A DNA stretch of 64,000 nt from Octopus sinensis (taxonomy: Eukaryota). The notes beneath the pieces are model-generated. The model made no database searches, was not told the origin of the DNA, and saw only the letters and a program-made list of their open reading frames with translations. The stretch is taken from positions 13,144,001 through 13,208,000 of the forward strand of contig NC_043025.1 of NCBI RefSeq assembly GCF_006345805.1, read 5' to 3'. The position numbers and the translations under genes were made by a program. Each line of letters begins with the position of its first letter. Positions within the stretch are counted from its first letter, which is position 1. Below, piece by piece: positions 25,918-38,959 of this stretch.

Positions 25918-27149
25918 AACAATTCTAATGGAAAGATCTGTAAACTAAATCATATGACAAAGCTATTTCTGTTGAAATACATTGTCTTGGTTCCAATTCA
26001 TTTTTAAAAATAAAGGAATTTGGTAAAATCTCTTTGTCATTAATTAATTAATCTGGCGTTTGGAATATTAATTAACATGAAAGAAATTTTGATAGGTTTT
26101 TAGATCATTTTAAAACAGGAAATTTGTATCATAGAACCAGTGGGGGTGGCCTCAGATGGATTAGTATGAAAAGGGTCAAAAGAAACTACCAAGAAACATG
26201 GTTAAACCAGACTCCTTCCCCTACCCCACATCTACTGAAAGTCTATATAAACAGTACCCAAGGAAGCTATTTGCTACCCATGTTGTGTACACACAACCAA
26301 TATGGTCCCTATATTACTTACAGGATCTTAACCTTTATTAAAATATACTGACTTGTTTCAGCTATCTTGGGGAACCATCATCATTATCATCATCGTTTAA
26401 CGTCCGTTTTCCATGCTAGCATGGGTTAGACGGTTCAACTGGGGTCTGGGAAGCCAGAAGGCTGCACCAGGCTCCAGTCTGATCTGGCAGTGTTTCTACG
26501 GCTGGATGCCCTTCCTAACGCCAACCACTCCGAGAGTGTAGTGGGTGCTTTTTACGTGCCACCGACACCAGGCTCCAGTCTGATCTGGCAGTGTTTCTAC
26601 AGCTGGATGCCCTTCCTAACGCCAACCACTCCGAGAGTATAGTGGGTGCTTTTTTACGTGCCACCTGCACAGGTGCCAGACGAGGCTGGCAAACGGCCAC
26701 GATCGGATGGTGCTTCGTGGCCGTTTATGTTGAAGAATTAATTTTCAGTCAAATAAATCAATCCCCAGTACTTATTTTATTGAACTGGTAAGTTACAGGG
26801 ACATAAATATTGGCTGTCAAGTGTTAGTGGGGGACAGGCAGATATATTATATATATATATATATATATACAAATTGAGATAGGGGTTGTGAGTGCAACCC
26901 ACCATGGGATAACATATATCCAAAATACTGCTAGTGAAGTACCCAACAAAGTTAATACATAAATGTTAAGGATTGCGATGCAATCAATTCAGTTACTGTA
27001 TTATATGGGCAAAGGTAAAATGATTTACCACAAATTACTAATACAAGATAAGAAAATGGAGAAATACATCTTAATCAATGATCAATTACCAGAAAATACT
27101 CAATCACATACTTTATTAAACCACCACGTAAGAGACTGTAGGGTTATCT

Positions 27150-27194
<45 letters not shown>

Positions 27195-27443
27195 GATAGG
27201 CTTCTTTCAGTTTCCACTTACCAAATCCATTCACAAGGCTTTGGTCAGCCTGAGGTTAGTCATAGTAGAGCTATGTGGTTGGTTGGGAAGCAAGCTTCTT
27301 ACCACACAGCCATGCCTAAGAATTTATCAAAATAAAACTTCGTCCATTGATTAAATCGTTTGGAACATAAATTAACATGAAATTTTTTAATTGGAAGAAC
27401 ATTTTAATTTGGAACTGGACAACATGTGGTTCAACATCTGAGA

Positions 27444-27836
27444 GATGGATGGAAGCACTCCGTCGGTTACGACGACAAGGGTTCCGGTTGATCCGAATCA
27501 ACGGAACAGCCTGCTCGTGAAATTAACGTGCAAGTGGCTGAGCACTCCACAGACACGTGTACCCTAAACGTAGTTCTCGGGGATATTCAGCGTGACACAG
27601 AGAGTGACAAGGCCGGCCCTTTTGAAATACAGGTACAACAGAAACAGGAAGTAAGAGTGAGAGAAAGTTGTGGTGAAAGAGTACAGCAGGGATCACCACC
27701 ATCCGCTGCCGGAGCCTCGCGGAGCTTTTAGGTGTTTTCGCTCAATAAACACTCACAACGCCCGGTCTGGGAATCGAAACCGCGATCCTATGACCGCGAG
27801 TCCGCTGCCCTAACCACTGGGCCATTGCGCCTCCAC
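27444..27836 (-). mobile_element. SINE family C, full length
   Basis: Matches 7191-7575. Confidence 0.88.
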
Positions 27837-28177
27837 ATCTGAGAGATAAGACTACAAGAAAAAAAAAGAAAAAAGATCCAATCTACCTTTTTTGAGTTTG
27901 AAAGTCTTGTGGGTCACAGGTTGCCAACGGCTGATGTAAAGTCCACCTCGTCAGCTCATATTGCTGAGGTAACGATAAGCTGTGATGAATTACTGTATAC
28001 GGTAACATCCTTTATCATTATTGTATATATAACATAATGCAAACGTGTAGCTTCTTTGGGGTGCATTTTGTTTGCAGAAAATCATTGCTTTCAGGCTTAG
28101 CTTAAGGTATTTTCGCGCCCGACATCACAAAATGCGGTGTCATATGAAATTGTCACCCATAATTATGACCCTAGTAT

Positions 28178-28550
28178 CGCCCAGTGGTTAGGGCAGCGGA
28201 CTCCCGGTCGTAGGATCGCGGTTTTGATTCCCAGACCGGGCGTTGTGAGTGTTTAATGGGCGAAAACACCTAAAAGCTCCACGAGGGTCCGGCAGGGGAT
28301 GGTGGTGATCCCTGCTGTACTCCTTCACCACAACTTTCTCTCACTCTTACTTCCTGTTTCTGTTGTACCTGTAATTCAAGGGGCCGGCCTTGTCACTCTC
28401 TGTGTCACGCTGAATATCGCCGAGAACTACGTTAAGGGTACACGTGTCTGTGGAGTGCTCAGCCACTTACACGTTAATTTCACGAGCAGGCTGTTCCGTT
28501 GATTCGGATCAACCGGAACCCTCGCCGTCGTAACCGACGGAGTGCTTCCA
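28178..28550 (+). mobile_element. SINE family C, opposite orientation
   Basis: gcccagtggttagggcagcggactc..ggagtgcttcca. Confidence 0.88.
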
Positions 28551-28859
28551 CATATTACGTATATATGAGGTGAAACCGTTAAAATAGATCAAAATGCTAA
28601 AATAGTTTCACTATCAGCGAATTTTCTTGAGTCTTTGGTACAGCAGAAGGGAGGTAACTGGATGGTCTCTTGAAATCCTGGGTCACGTTTCTATAGAATT
28701 TCAATGGGAATAATTAAAAAAAAGGCTGTAACCGTAGTATTCCTCACATGGAACTCGTTAAATACAGCATACAAATATTCCTCAATTTAGCAAAGTAGGC
28801 TCCAAACATTGAGTCTGGCTATCATTCCCGGCATCCGAGCCAAACGAGTGAGATCGTTG

Positions 28860-29232
28860 CCAGAGCAACAAGTTGGCCTCCGTGCCAGTGACACGTTAAA
28901 AACACCATTCGAGCGTGATTGTTACCTGTGTCCCCTTACTAGCACTTGTGCTGGTCGTTGCCAGTGCCCGTGGACTGTCTCCTGTGCAGGTGGCACATAA
29001 AAAGCACCATTTTGAGCGTGGCCGTTGCCAGTACCACCCGACTGGCCCTTGTACCGGTGGCACATAAAAGCACTCACTACACTCTCGGAGTGGTTGGGAA
29101 AGGCATCCAGCTGTAGAAACTCTGCCAGATCAGATTGGAGCCTGGTGCAGCCATCTGGTTCGCCTGCCCTCAGTCAAATCGTCCAACCCATGCTAGCATG
29201 GAAAGCGGACGTTAAACGATGATGATGATGAT
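28860..29232 (+). mobile_element. SINE-like family D
   Basis: Ends ggacgttaaac(gat)n. Confidence 0.7.
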
Positions 29233-29652
29233 GGTGCTATAGACATTATTCTCAATGTTATGATGATTTTCCGAGAAAAGGGATTGGGTTTTCTCCAAAT
29301 CTTGTATATTGTTGGGAAGTATAGCTTTAGACCTGAAGAAAATGGTAAAATGGACGAGTTACCATCTCGGCAGCAATTTGTGGAGAAGATCATGTCACTG
29401 TATAAATTGACTGTACGGAACTACAAGCAAGAAGAAATTAGAATTGGGACGAGAGCTCGGCTTGTAGCTGCAAAAGACTCTTGCCCATTTTACGAAAATA
29501 CTGTACTTCCTTGGTCCAGACTGGTTGCTTGGCAAGAAAAAAAATGCAAGAATTTGAGGAACCATTAAAAGTAATGACTTATTTAATATATTCAATGAGA
29601 ATAATTCTCATAGAATGGGAATTATTCCATTCAAAATAATATTTAAAATGAG

Positions 29653-31010
29653 TACCGTAAATCCTCGAGTATAATCCGCATTTCCCCTCCAAAATTTAAA
29701 GGTCAAAATCCCTAGTGCGTACTATATACAAGGTTTCCATCTACCAAGTCCACTCATAAGGCTTTGGTCGGCCCGAGGCTATAGTAGAAGACACTTGCCC
29801 AAGGTGCCACGCAGTGGGACTGAACCCAGAACCATGTGGTTCGTAAGCAAGCTACTTACCACACAGCCACTCCTACGCCTATAACTTTAAAGGTCAAAAT
29901 CCCTCGTGCGTATTATATACGAGGTTAAAAATGAAAATCATTTTCTAAGCAATGTCCGAGTCTCTATTTGCTGTCCGGCAATGTTTATTCCGACGCATTT
30001 TGTGATGTCGGGCGCGAAAATACCTTAAGCTAAGCCTGAAAGCAATGAAGTCATAAAAGAATCATCCATAACTTGCAGTAAGCAACATTTATTAAAATAA
30101 AAGTATTCAGAACACAGAATAACATGTCACAAAAACAATTTGCAAGCATATTTCGCGCTCGCGACCTGACTTTGATATGAAAATGGATCGTGTATGCATG
30201 GAATGAACTTGATCCCTAGATTATTGTGAAAAGTTTTATCAAATGTTGTGTGTCGTCTGCACTGGATGGTACTCAGGATGACGTTTTCTCTTTTACTTGT
30301 TTTCAGTCATTTGACTGCGGCCATGCTGGAGCACCGCCTTTAGTCGAGCAAATCGACCCCGGGACTTATTCTTTGTAAGCCCAGTACTTATTCTATCGGT
30401 CTCTTTTGCCGAACCGCTAAGTTACGGGGACGTAAACACACCAGCATCGGTTGTCACAAACAAACACACACACACACATATATATATATACATATATGAA
30501 TATACATATATACGACAGGCTTCTTTCAGTTTCCGTCTACCAACTCCACTCACAAGGCATTGGTCGGCCCGGGGCTATAGTAGAAGACACTTGCCCAAGA
30601 TGCCACGCAGTGGCACTGAACCCGGAACCATGTGGTTGGTTAGCAAGCTACTTACCACACAGCCACTCCTGCGCCTAGATGTTGAAGATGAAAAAAAGGA
30701 AAGGGAATCTTCTGATGTTGACTATGAATCAGACGATGACGGAGATTTACACTGCGATGATGCTGACATGTTTACGGAGGAACAAATGGAACAGTTATTT
30801 GATGCTGAAAGAGACGTTGAATTTGAAGGATTTGAACAAATGTCTTTGCTTTTGTAACTGATAGTGATGAATATGTAAAGGCAATTTACTTAGTGTTTAG
30901 TTTTCACTGACATTATTACTGTTATTTCTTGATTTTCTGCAAACAAAATGTACAAAAAAGCTACACGTTTGCATCAAGTTATATATACAATAATAATAAA
31001 GGACGTTACC
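29653..31010 (+). mobile_element. pogo-like DNA transposon remnant with nested SINE A insertions (29734-29880, 30287-30677)
   Basis: TIR ta|ccgtaaatcctcgagtata; KSFIKCCVSSALDGTQDD and an acidic tail ending EFEGF resemble pogo transposase C-termini. Confidence 0.75.
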
Positions 31011-31427
31011 TCATTAGGTGAGTGGCTGGAACTCATTAAATTCAGGTTTGGTCAATCAAAATGGTTTTAATTTGATTCGATTTGCATAATTAGTAAGCAA
31101 GGGAAATAACTCTTTCAATTCGTCAGAGATTCTTTTGCTTGTTTCGGTCATTTGACTGCGGCCATGCTGGAGCACTGCCATTTCGTCGAGCAAATCGACC
31201 CCCAGGACTTATTCCTTGTAAGCCTAGTACTTATTCTATCGGTCTCTTTTGCCGAACCGCTCGGTTACGGGGACGTAAATAAACCAACATCGGTTGTCAA
31301 GCGATGGTGGAGGAACAGAGACAAATAAATACACTAAGAGTGAGATAATCATCAATGATATTGTGTGGTGTCATCTACTATAGTAATAATACTCTTGTGT
31401 TTTCCTCCGTCACAACATATGAATAAG

Positions 31428-31735
31428 GGATATTTACCTTTTAACCGACAGATTTAGAAAATAATTTCTTTGTAACTAAACACTTTCAAACTTCATATTA
31501 CTGGTAGAATGTGTCACATAAAACATCTTTTACTCTTGGCGTTGTTGAGAAAATTCTGTATTTTGAAAGTTATTTCTTGTTAAAGTTCTCGTATTTCGGT
31601 AATTTCAACCAATCAATGGCGTGTATTCAGCTGGATAAAATTACTGCAGTTGTTTGCCAACAACTTCCAGCGGTATACATTTCGTTTGTCACTGTTATTT
31701 ATGACATATTTCATCTCAGATTGTATAAATAAACG
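31428..31735 (+). repeat. Unclassified interspersed repeat; inverted copy at 39840-40120
   Basis: tttaccttttaaccgacagatttag..ccaatcaatggcgtgtattcagctggataaaattactg matches the reverse complement of the 39840-40120 segment. Confidence 0.7.
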
Positions 31736-32944
31736 AGTCTATCTGAAGCAGGTTTACTTCATGGCACCACCATGAAAAAATTCAAATCGGACCATGTTAA
31801 CACCAAAAATTATTTACATCAAAAAGGTGCTTTTTTTTCTATGAAAATCCCTATTTTTTAACGATTTTTTGACTGCTGTGTCTCCATTTTTCGGTGTATT
31901 TCAACCAGAAAAATGTTCACTTAAAGAGAATAACAAGCTGCTTAATGCAAAATTTTTACTTTTCAAAAATTGCAATTCTAAAGGGTTGGCAGCCTTCAAC
32001 TAACACTATCTCCTCCGGGACCCTGTGGCGCAAGTTGACCAAAATTGAGAGTTTGATTGAAGAAGGCTTACTCTTCCTTCCGTAGAAGAAAAAAATTCAA
32101 AACGGACCATGTTAACACCAAAAATCATTTACATCAAAACGATACTTTTCTTCTATGAAAATTCCTATTTTTTTACCGATTTTTTGACTGCTGTGTCGCC
32201 AATTTTCAGTATATTTCAACCAGAAAAATGTCTACTTAAAGAGAATAACAAGCTACATAATGCAAAATTTTTACTTTTCAAAAATTCCAATTCTAAAGGG
32301 TCGAAAAGAATTTGTTTTGTGATGTCATTGGTTTTGAGCAAACGATGGATTTTCCTCTACTTTTTCTTAATGAATTCTGTTGCAGTGTTAACTTCTTAAT
32401 ACATTTTCAGTGCAGTTCAAAACTTGAGCTTCATTTTGCTTTAAATCTATGGGTAATTTTTTGTCTCCATAATGGATGGATGGAAGCACTCCGTCGGTTA
32501 CGACGACGAGGGTTCCGGTCGATCCGAATCAACGGAACAGCCTGCTCGTGAAATTAACGTGTAAGTGGCTGAGCACTCCACAGACACGTGTACCCTTAAC
32601 GTAGTTCTCGGGGATATTCAGCGTGACACAGAGAGTGACAAGGCCGGCCCCTTTGAAATACAGGTACAACAGAAACAGGAAGAAAGAGTGAGAGAAAGTT
32701 GTAGTGAAAGAGTACAGCAGGGATCACCACCATCCCCTGCCGGAGCCTCGTGTGTCTCCATAATGTTAATAGAAGGAATATTAACTAACAATATCAACAA
32801 CTGAAGTCGGCGTTACACATTTGCAGCACATTCAGAGTAAACTCGACCATCGCCACACTATACTGTTATCCATAGATTGAAACTGTCAAAACTTCGTTAA
32901 TGCGACATCAAAGTCTGCCGTTTTAAGCGCAACTAAAAAACAAA

Positions 32945-32973
32945 CCCGAGCAACGCTGGGCTATACTGCTAGT
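32945..32973 (+). mobile_element. Helitron-like 3' terminus
   Basis: GC hairpin cccgagc-aac-gctggg, 8 nt, then CTAG|T. Confidence 0.6.
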
Positions 32974-33875
32974 TTATATATAAAATACAATTAGGCATCA
33001 TTTTTTATGGCATGGGGCCAGCTAGTTCATCATCATCATCATCATCATCGTTTAACGTCCGCTTTCTATGCTAGCATGGGTTGGAGGTATGACTGAGGGC
33101 TGGCGAACCAGATGGCTGCACCAGGCTCCAATCTTGATTTGGCAGAGTTTCTACAGCTGGATGCCCTTCCTAATGCCAACCACTCTGAGAGTGTAGTGGG
33201 TGCGTTTACGTGCCAGTCAGGTGGCACTGGCAACGACTTGGATCAAATCTTTTACACATGCCACAGGCGTGGGTGCCAGTAAGGCGATACTGGTAATGAT
33301 CACTCTCGAATGGTGTTTTCTACGTGCCACTGGCAACAATCATGCTCGGATGGTGCTCTTAATACCCTACTAGCACGGGGCTTGAGTGCCAATAATGTGA
33401 TGCTGGCAACGATCACGCTCGAATGGTGCCTTTTAAGTGCCACTGGCACGGAAGCTGGTTAGCCGCTCTGTCAATGATCACACTCGTATGGTGCCCTTTG
33501 CACCCTGCTAGCACAGATGCCAGTCATCGAATTTGATTTGATTTTTGATTTCAAAAATAGTTGTACAGAATAAATCCAGTGACATCTTTCGGGCTGTGAA
33601 ACATGTAGAAGCCCTATATACACAACAATTACAGTAGCTCAGAAAAATAGAGGGACCAGTTTACATACTGCAAGTGTTGACACTTTATTTTAGATACCAG
33701 AGGCTTGTCCACGAGGATCTCAGTTCACACGGCATCTTATTCAAACACACACATATACGAAGAGGATGGTCGTTATTGGAACATTTTTGATCATGTGTCT
33801 GCTGGATGAAGACAGTTGGGATTGAACACCAGACAACAAAAAACCACAACAAAAACACATTAAGATGTTAACAAT

Positions 33876-33881
33876 TTTATT
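33876..33881 (-). terminator. Candidate aldolase polyadenylation signal (AATAAA)
   Basis: tttatt on +, ~780 nt past the stop; second candidate at 33684-33689. Confidence 0.4.
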
Positions 33882-34654
33882 AACCTAGTTAGAATAGATT
33901 TGGAAGTCAGAAGAGAATGATTACAACAACTTACCTAGAAAAAGATATATATATATATATAATAATACAAGTGTATGCACGTATATATATATATATACAT
34001 ATAGTGTATATATTATATATAGTGTGTATATATAGCCCTTATTAAGTGATTGGAGGGGCACTAACACCAGAGTGTTGAAGTTGCAATTAAGACCATCTTT
34101 CTTGACAAATGCAGTATGTGGTGTGTGTGTGTCTGTGTTTAAATCATCCCTTCTAATATTAACTATTACTAAAACTACTATTAAAATTATAATAATAATA
34201 GTAATAATAATACTATGTATCCATGGCAACGCTAACGGCGCATTGAAGTGTGCAGAAATGCAGGGTCGTTCGTTGTGCACCGTTAACACCGATGGAATAA
34301 CACCGGAAGGGAAAAAGAAAAATTTAAAAAAAAAAAGGAATTTCTCAAAGGTTGTCCCCTTCCCCCCCTCCCCTTAATAAAGAAAGGGGGTTGAATTGTC
34401 TGGAAAATGTTAATAACCCTCCTTGCTACGAAATTTAAATGAAATCCCAGCAGAATAATTAAATTAAATTTAATTGGAAGAACCCTTACAATAAAAAGAA
34501 ACCCACTAATGAACTATAATTGCATCCGTTGTAGAGACCCTCCCACAAAATGATAGTTAAATATTGGATTGTAATAATAGTAATAATAATTAATAATAAT
34601 ACTTAGAGACAAGCTGTTGGGGCAGCTTGTGTGTGTGTGTTTATGTGTGGGTTT

Positions 34655-34747
34655 CTAATAAGCATGATCTTTGACGTAGAGAGAATCCTGGCCGGCAGCC
34701 CCGGGACCGCTTCCTGCATATTTACCGACGGCTGCTTCACTATTGGC
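34655..34747 (-). CDS. ALDO: Fructose-bisphosphate aldolase, terminal coding exon 7
   Basis: cag acceptor; ANSEAAVGKYAGSGPGAAGQDSLYVKDHAY-TAG; conserved C-terminal Tyr. Confidence 0.95.
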   Translation of the reverse strand, partial: ANSEAAVGKYAGSGPGAAGQDSLYVKDHAY

Positions 34748-34754
34748 CTGGAAA

Positions 34755-35690
34755 GAGAGGGAGAGAGAGAGAATTAGAATGGTGGAGGGAGGGAGAATTA
34801 GAATGAGGGGTGGAGTGAATTAGAATGGTGGAGGGAGGGGGAATTAGAATGAGGGGGGAGAGAGAATTAGAATGAGGGGGGGAGTGAATTAGAATGGTGG
34901 AGGGAGGGGGAATTAGAATGAGGGGGGAGAGTGAATTAGAATGAGGGGGGAGAGAGAGAATTAGAATGAGGGGGGAGAGAGAGAATTAGAATGAGGGGGG
35001 AGAGAGAGAATCAGAATGAGGGGGGAGAGAGAGAATTAGAATGAGGAGGGAGGGAGAATTAGAACGAGGGGGGCGAGCGATCAGGAATAGGGGACGGGAG
35101 AGTGAATGGGAGAGCGAACGAGAAGAGGAGGGGTCGGGAGAGCGAACGGGAAGAGGAGGGTGGGAGAGCGAACGGGAAGAGGAGGGGTCGGGAGAGCGAA
35201 CGGGAAGAGGAGGGGTCGGGAGAGCGAACGGGAAGAGGAGGGGTCGGGAGAGCGAACGGGAAGAGGAGGGGTCGGGAGAGCGAACGGGAAGAGGAGGGGA
35301 CGGGAGAGCGAACTGGAAGAGGAGGGGACGGGAGAGCGAACGGGAAGAGGAGGGGACGGGAGAGCGAACGGGAAGTGGAGGGGACGGGAGAGTGAACGGG
35401 AAACGGAGGGACGGGAGAGCGAACGGGAAGAGGAGGGGTCGGGAGAGCGAACGGGAAGAGGAGGGGTCGGGAGAGCGAACGGGAAGAGGAGGGGTCGGGA
35501 GAGCGAACGGGAAGCGGAGGGGTCGGGAGAGCGAACGGGAAGCGGAGGGGTCGGGAGAGCGAACGGGAAGAGGAGGGGACGGGAGAGCGAACGGGAAGAG
35601 GAGGGGACGGGAGAGCGAACGGGAAGAGGAGGGGTCGGGTGAGCGAACGGGAAGCGGAGGGGATCGGGAGAGCGGACGGGAGGGAATGGA
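34755..35690 (+). repeat. Two purine-rich minisatellites filling the last aldolase intron
   Basis: gaattagaatgagggggga-type units to ~35070, then 28 bp gggagagcgaacgggaagaggaggggtc units. Confidence 0.93.
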
Positions 35691-35739
35691 GGTGGGGTGG
35701 GGGATAGAAAAGGTGGCAGGGGGGTCCGTTTTAACTCAC

Positions 35740-35939
35740 CTTGGCTCTTACAAGCAGCTCCTTCTGGGCGGCTTCAACATTCTCATCCTTGCCTTGCCAA
35801 GCCTTCAATACGCTGGCTTGGAGGGCGCGGCCGTATGAGAAGGTCAGGGCCCATGGTTTGAGTAAGGCGCATGTGTTGATGGCGTTGAGGTTGATTGTTG
35901 CATCTTCTTCTGACTGACCGCCTGACAGGAAGGTCACAC
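35740..35939 (-). CDS. ALDO: Aldolase coding exon 6
   Basis: [34 protein letters not shown]; 200 nt; tag acceptor, GTGAGT donor. Confidence 0.97.
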
Positions 35940-36299
35940 CTACAACAACAACAAAAACAACAGTAAACATAAGGGACAAACGGACGGATAGATAACAAAG
36001 GGGATCGGCACCAATCCTGGGGTTCCGGGTTCAATTTTGTTACACAGTTCGATGAAGTCAGTAGGTGGGGTTTGGTAGACAGAGACCTGTAACAGGCCTG
36101 GTGTTCAGGTCTCATCATGACATTCCAATCGTGACCATCTTCAGTAGGGTGGGATTTGACTGCTACTTCTAGCAGGCAGGAGCGACCGTGTAGAGACTCC
36201 TTTGTGTACACCCACGAGCGAGCGTGCAAGGGTGTGTACTGCAGTCCCCTGACCCCACAAATTAAAACCGAGTTCAAAAATAAAAAAAATAAAGTTGAA

Positions 36300-36625
36300 G
36301 TGTGGCTGTGTAGTAAGAAACTTATTTCCAAACCACATGGTTCTGGGTTCAGTCCCACTGCGAGGCACCTTGGGCAAGTGTCTTTCGCTATAGCCTCAGG
36401 CTGACTGAAGTCTTGTGAGTGCGATTTGGTAGACGGAAACTGAAAGAAGCCTGTCGTATATAGGTGCAGGAGTGGCTGTGTGGTAAGTAGCTTGCTTACC
36501 AACCACATGGTTCTGGGTTCAGTCCCACTGCGAGGCACCTTGGGCAAGTGTCTTTTGCTATAGCCTCAGGCTGACTGAAGCCTTGTGAGTGCGATTTGGT
36601 AGACGGAAACTGAAAGAAGCCCGTC

Positions 36626-36675
<50 letters not shown>

Positions 36676-36870
36676 ATTTGCGTGTCTGTAATTTGACCCC
36701 GTCCATTGCCTGACCACGGATGTTGGTGTGTCTACGTCACCGTAACAGTTTGGCAACAGAATAAGTACTAGGCTTACAAAGAGTAAGTCCTGGGGTCGAT
36801 TTGTTCGACTAAAGACGGTGCTCCAGCATGACCATAATCAAATGACTGAAACAAGTAAAAAAATAAAGAA
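36300..36870 (+). mobile_element. SINE family A with duplicated head
   Basis: Head at ~36300 and again at ~36462. Confidence 0.85.
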
Positions 36871-36963
36871 TAGAAGTCATTTGTTTTGGATTCACTGGTG
36901 CCAACCGTAGGAGTTTTAGAAGCAGTGCTCCAGCATGGTAACAGGCCAATAATATTTACAGGC

Positions 36964-37745
36964 AAGGCGGTGAGCTGGCAGAAACGTTAGCACGCCGGGC
37001 GAAATGCGTAGCCGTATTTCGTCTGTCGTTAAGTTCTGAGTTCAAATTCCGCCGAGGTCGACTTTACCTTTCATCCTTTCGGGGTTGATAAATTAAGTAC
37101 CAGTTACGCACTGGGGTCGATGTAATCGACTTAATACCTATGTCTGTCCTTGTTTGTCCCCTCTATGTTTAGCCCCTTGTGGGTAGTAAAGAAATAGGTA
37201 TTTCGTCTGCCGTTATGTTCTGGGTTCAAATTCTGCCGAGGTCGACTTTACCTTTCATCCTTTCGGGGTCGATAAATTAAGTACCAGTTACGCACTGGGG
37301 TCGATGTAATCGACTTAATACCTATGTCTGTCCTTGTTTGTCCCCTCTATGTTTAGCCCCTTGTGGGTAGTAAAGAAATAGGTATTTCGTCTGCCGTTAT
37401 GTTCTGGGTTCAAATTCTGCCGAGGTCGACTTTACCTTTCATCCTTTCGGGGTCGATAAATTAAGAACCAGTTACGCACTGGGGTCGATGTAATCGACTT
37501 AATACCTATGTCTGTCCTTGTTTGTCCCCTCTATGTTTAGCCCCTTGTGGGTAGTAAAGAAATAGGTATTTCGTCTGCCGTTATGTTCTGGGTTCAAATT
37601 CTGCCGAGGTCGACTTTACCTTTCATCCTTTCGGGGTCAATAAATTAAGTACCAGTTACGCACTGGGGTCGATGTAATCGACTTAATACCTATGTCTGTC
37701 CTTGTTTGTCCCCTCTATGTTTAGCCCCTTGTGGGTAATAAAGAA
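36964..37745 (+). repeat. SINE family B with its ~181 bp 3' part present four times
   Basis: Head aaggcggtgagctggcagaaacg then near-identical tandem units. Confidence 0.9.
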
Positions 37746-37912
37746 ACAAATATTTACAGGAGGCAGTGCTCCAGCATGGCCATGAGCCAATGACAAAACG
37801 ATTCATAAAGGTAGGGGTATGGCAGAGCACCCCCTTCCCCCATAGCTGTGGTCTTCAAGAGAAATGGGTTACTTAATAGAAACGGGTTATTTGATAGAAA
37901 CGGGTTCCTTAC

Positions 37913-38087
37913 CTGGTACAGCAGAGGGGACAGTTCTCCTCAGGGCTGTGACTGTAGCTGTAGCATTCTGCTCAGGGGTGAATTTCTTGGGGCAGCTGTG
38001 TCCAGCTGTGCACATGTTGGGTTTCAACAAGGTACCTTCGAGAAAGATGTGGTGGTCAGCAAGGGCCTTGTAAGTAAAAGCCAGCAC
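37913..38087 (-). CDS. ALDO: Aldolase coding exon 5 (Schiff-base Lys motif)
   Basis: [37 protein letters not shown]; 175 nt; cag acceptor, GTAAGG donor. Confidence 0.97.
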
Positions 38088-38139
38088 CTGGAACACACAA
38101 AATTAACGTTGGTTTAACTAGATTCAAATACAGACACAG

Positions 38140-38660
38140 CACAGTCTATCTAGGGCTACATTATCAAATGTCTTCTTCTCTGGTTGTTATAATTTAGTCC
38201 TGGGTCAGTCCTGATCCAGACAGACCTATGATTAAAGATGTTCCAGCTGTGACCATCCTGTCTTTTATTCAAGCATAGTGTATCTAGGACTACATTATCT
38301 AATGTGTCCTTCCTTGCTTAGCCCCAGGTCAGTCCTGATCCAGACAGACCTATGATTAAAGATGTTCCAGCTGTGACCATCCTGTCTTTTATTCAAGCAT
38401 AGTGTATCTAGGACTACATTATCTAATGTGTCCTTCCTTGTTGCTGTTGTTTAGCCCCAGGTCAGTCCTGATCAAGACAGACCTATGATCAAAGACGTTC
38501 CAGCTGTGACCATCCTGTCTTTTATTCAGGCATAGTGTATCTAGGACTACATTATCTAATGTGTCCTTCCTTGTTGCTGTTGCTTAGCCCCAGGTCAGTC
38601 CTGATCCAGACAGACCTATGATCAAAGATGCTCCAGCTGTGACCATCACATCTTTTATTC
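38140..38660 (+). repeat. ~3.5 units of the same ~136 bp repeat as 13165-17830
   Basis: Near-identical unit sequence. Confidence 0.92.
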
Positions 38661-38778
38661 AGTCAAATGACTGAAACAAGTGAAAGAGTTCTAACAGACA
38701 ACGGGAACACCTGTCCCCCACCACGTACACACACACAGACACACACACAAATTAAAAAGCGTTGTCAAATTCACTCAC

Positions 38779-38862
38779 CACTTCTGTAACTTTCTGTGAA
38801 GTTTCCAAGTCGTGTTCTCCATCAGGCAAGACTTCTGGTTCAACAATTGGCACCAGACCATT
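38779..38862 (-). CDS. ALDO: Aldolase coding exon 4 (absent from ORF track)
   Basis: [28 protein letters not shown]; 84 nt; tag acceptor, GTGAGT donor. Confidence 0.96.
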
Positions 38863-38959
38863 CTAGAAGGAAGAAACAAAACCATTACTGCTCATCAATA
38901 AACATAACCCACCACAAGGTTTATCCCCAATGTTATAGTTTACATATATATGCTGTGTA

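Noticed and set aside
27760-27836. tRNA-Arg-like gene
   Set aside because: It is the head of SINE family C, continuous with a ~320 bp body; the same applies to the other tRNA-like heads.
29260-29568. 102 aa ORF
   Set aside because: No motif I can recognise and no supported splice structure; probably a TE remnant.
21000-34600. Alternative aldolase last exons as in Drosophila
   Set aside because: No second AN(S/G)xA..Y-stop exon seen by eye; a translated search would be needed to exclude one.
35041-35838. 265 aa Arg/Gly/Glu-rich ORF
   Set aside because: Minisatellite translation, antisense to an aldolase intron and exon.
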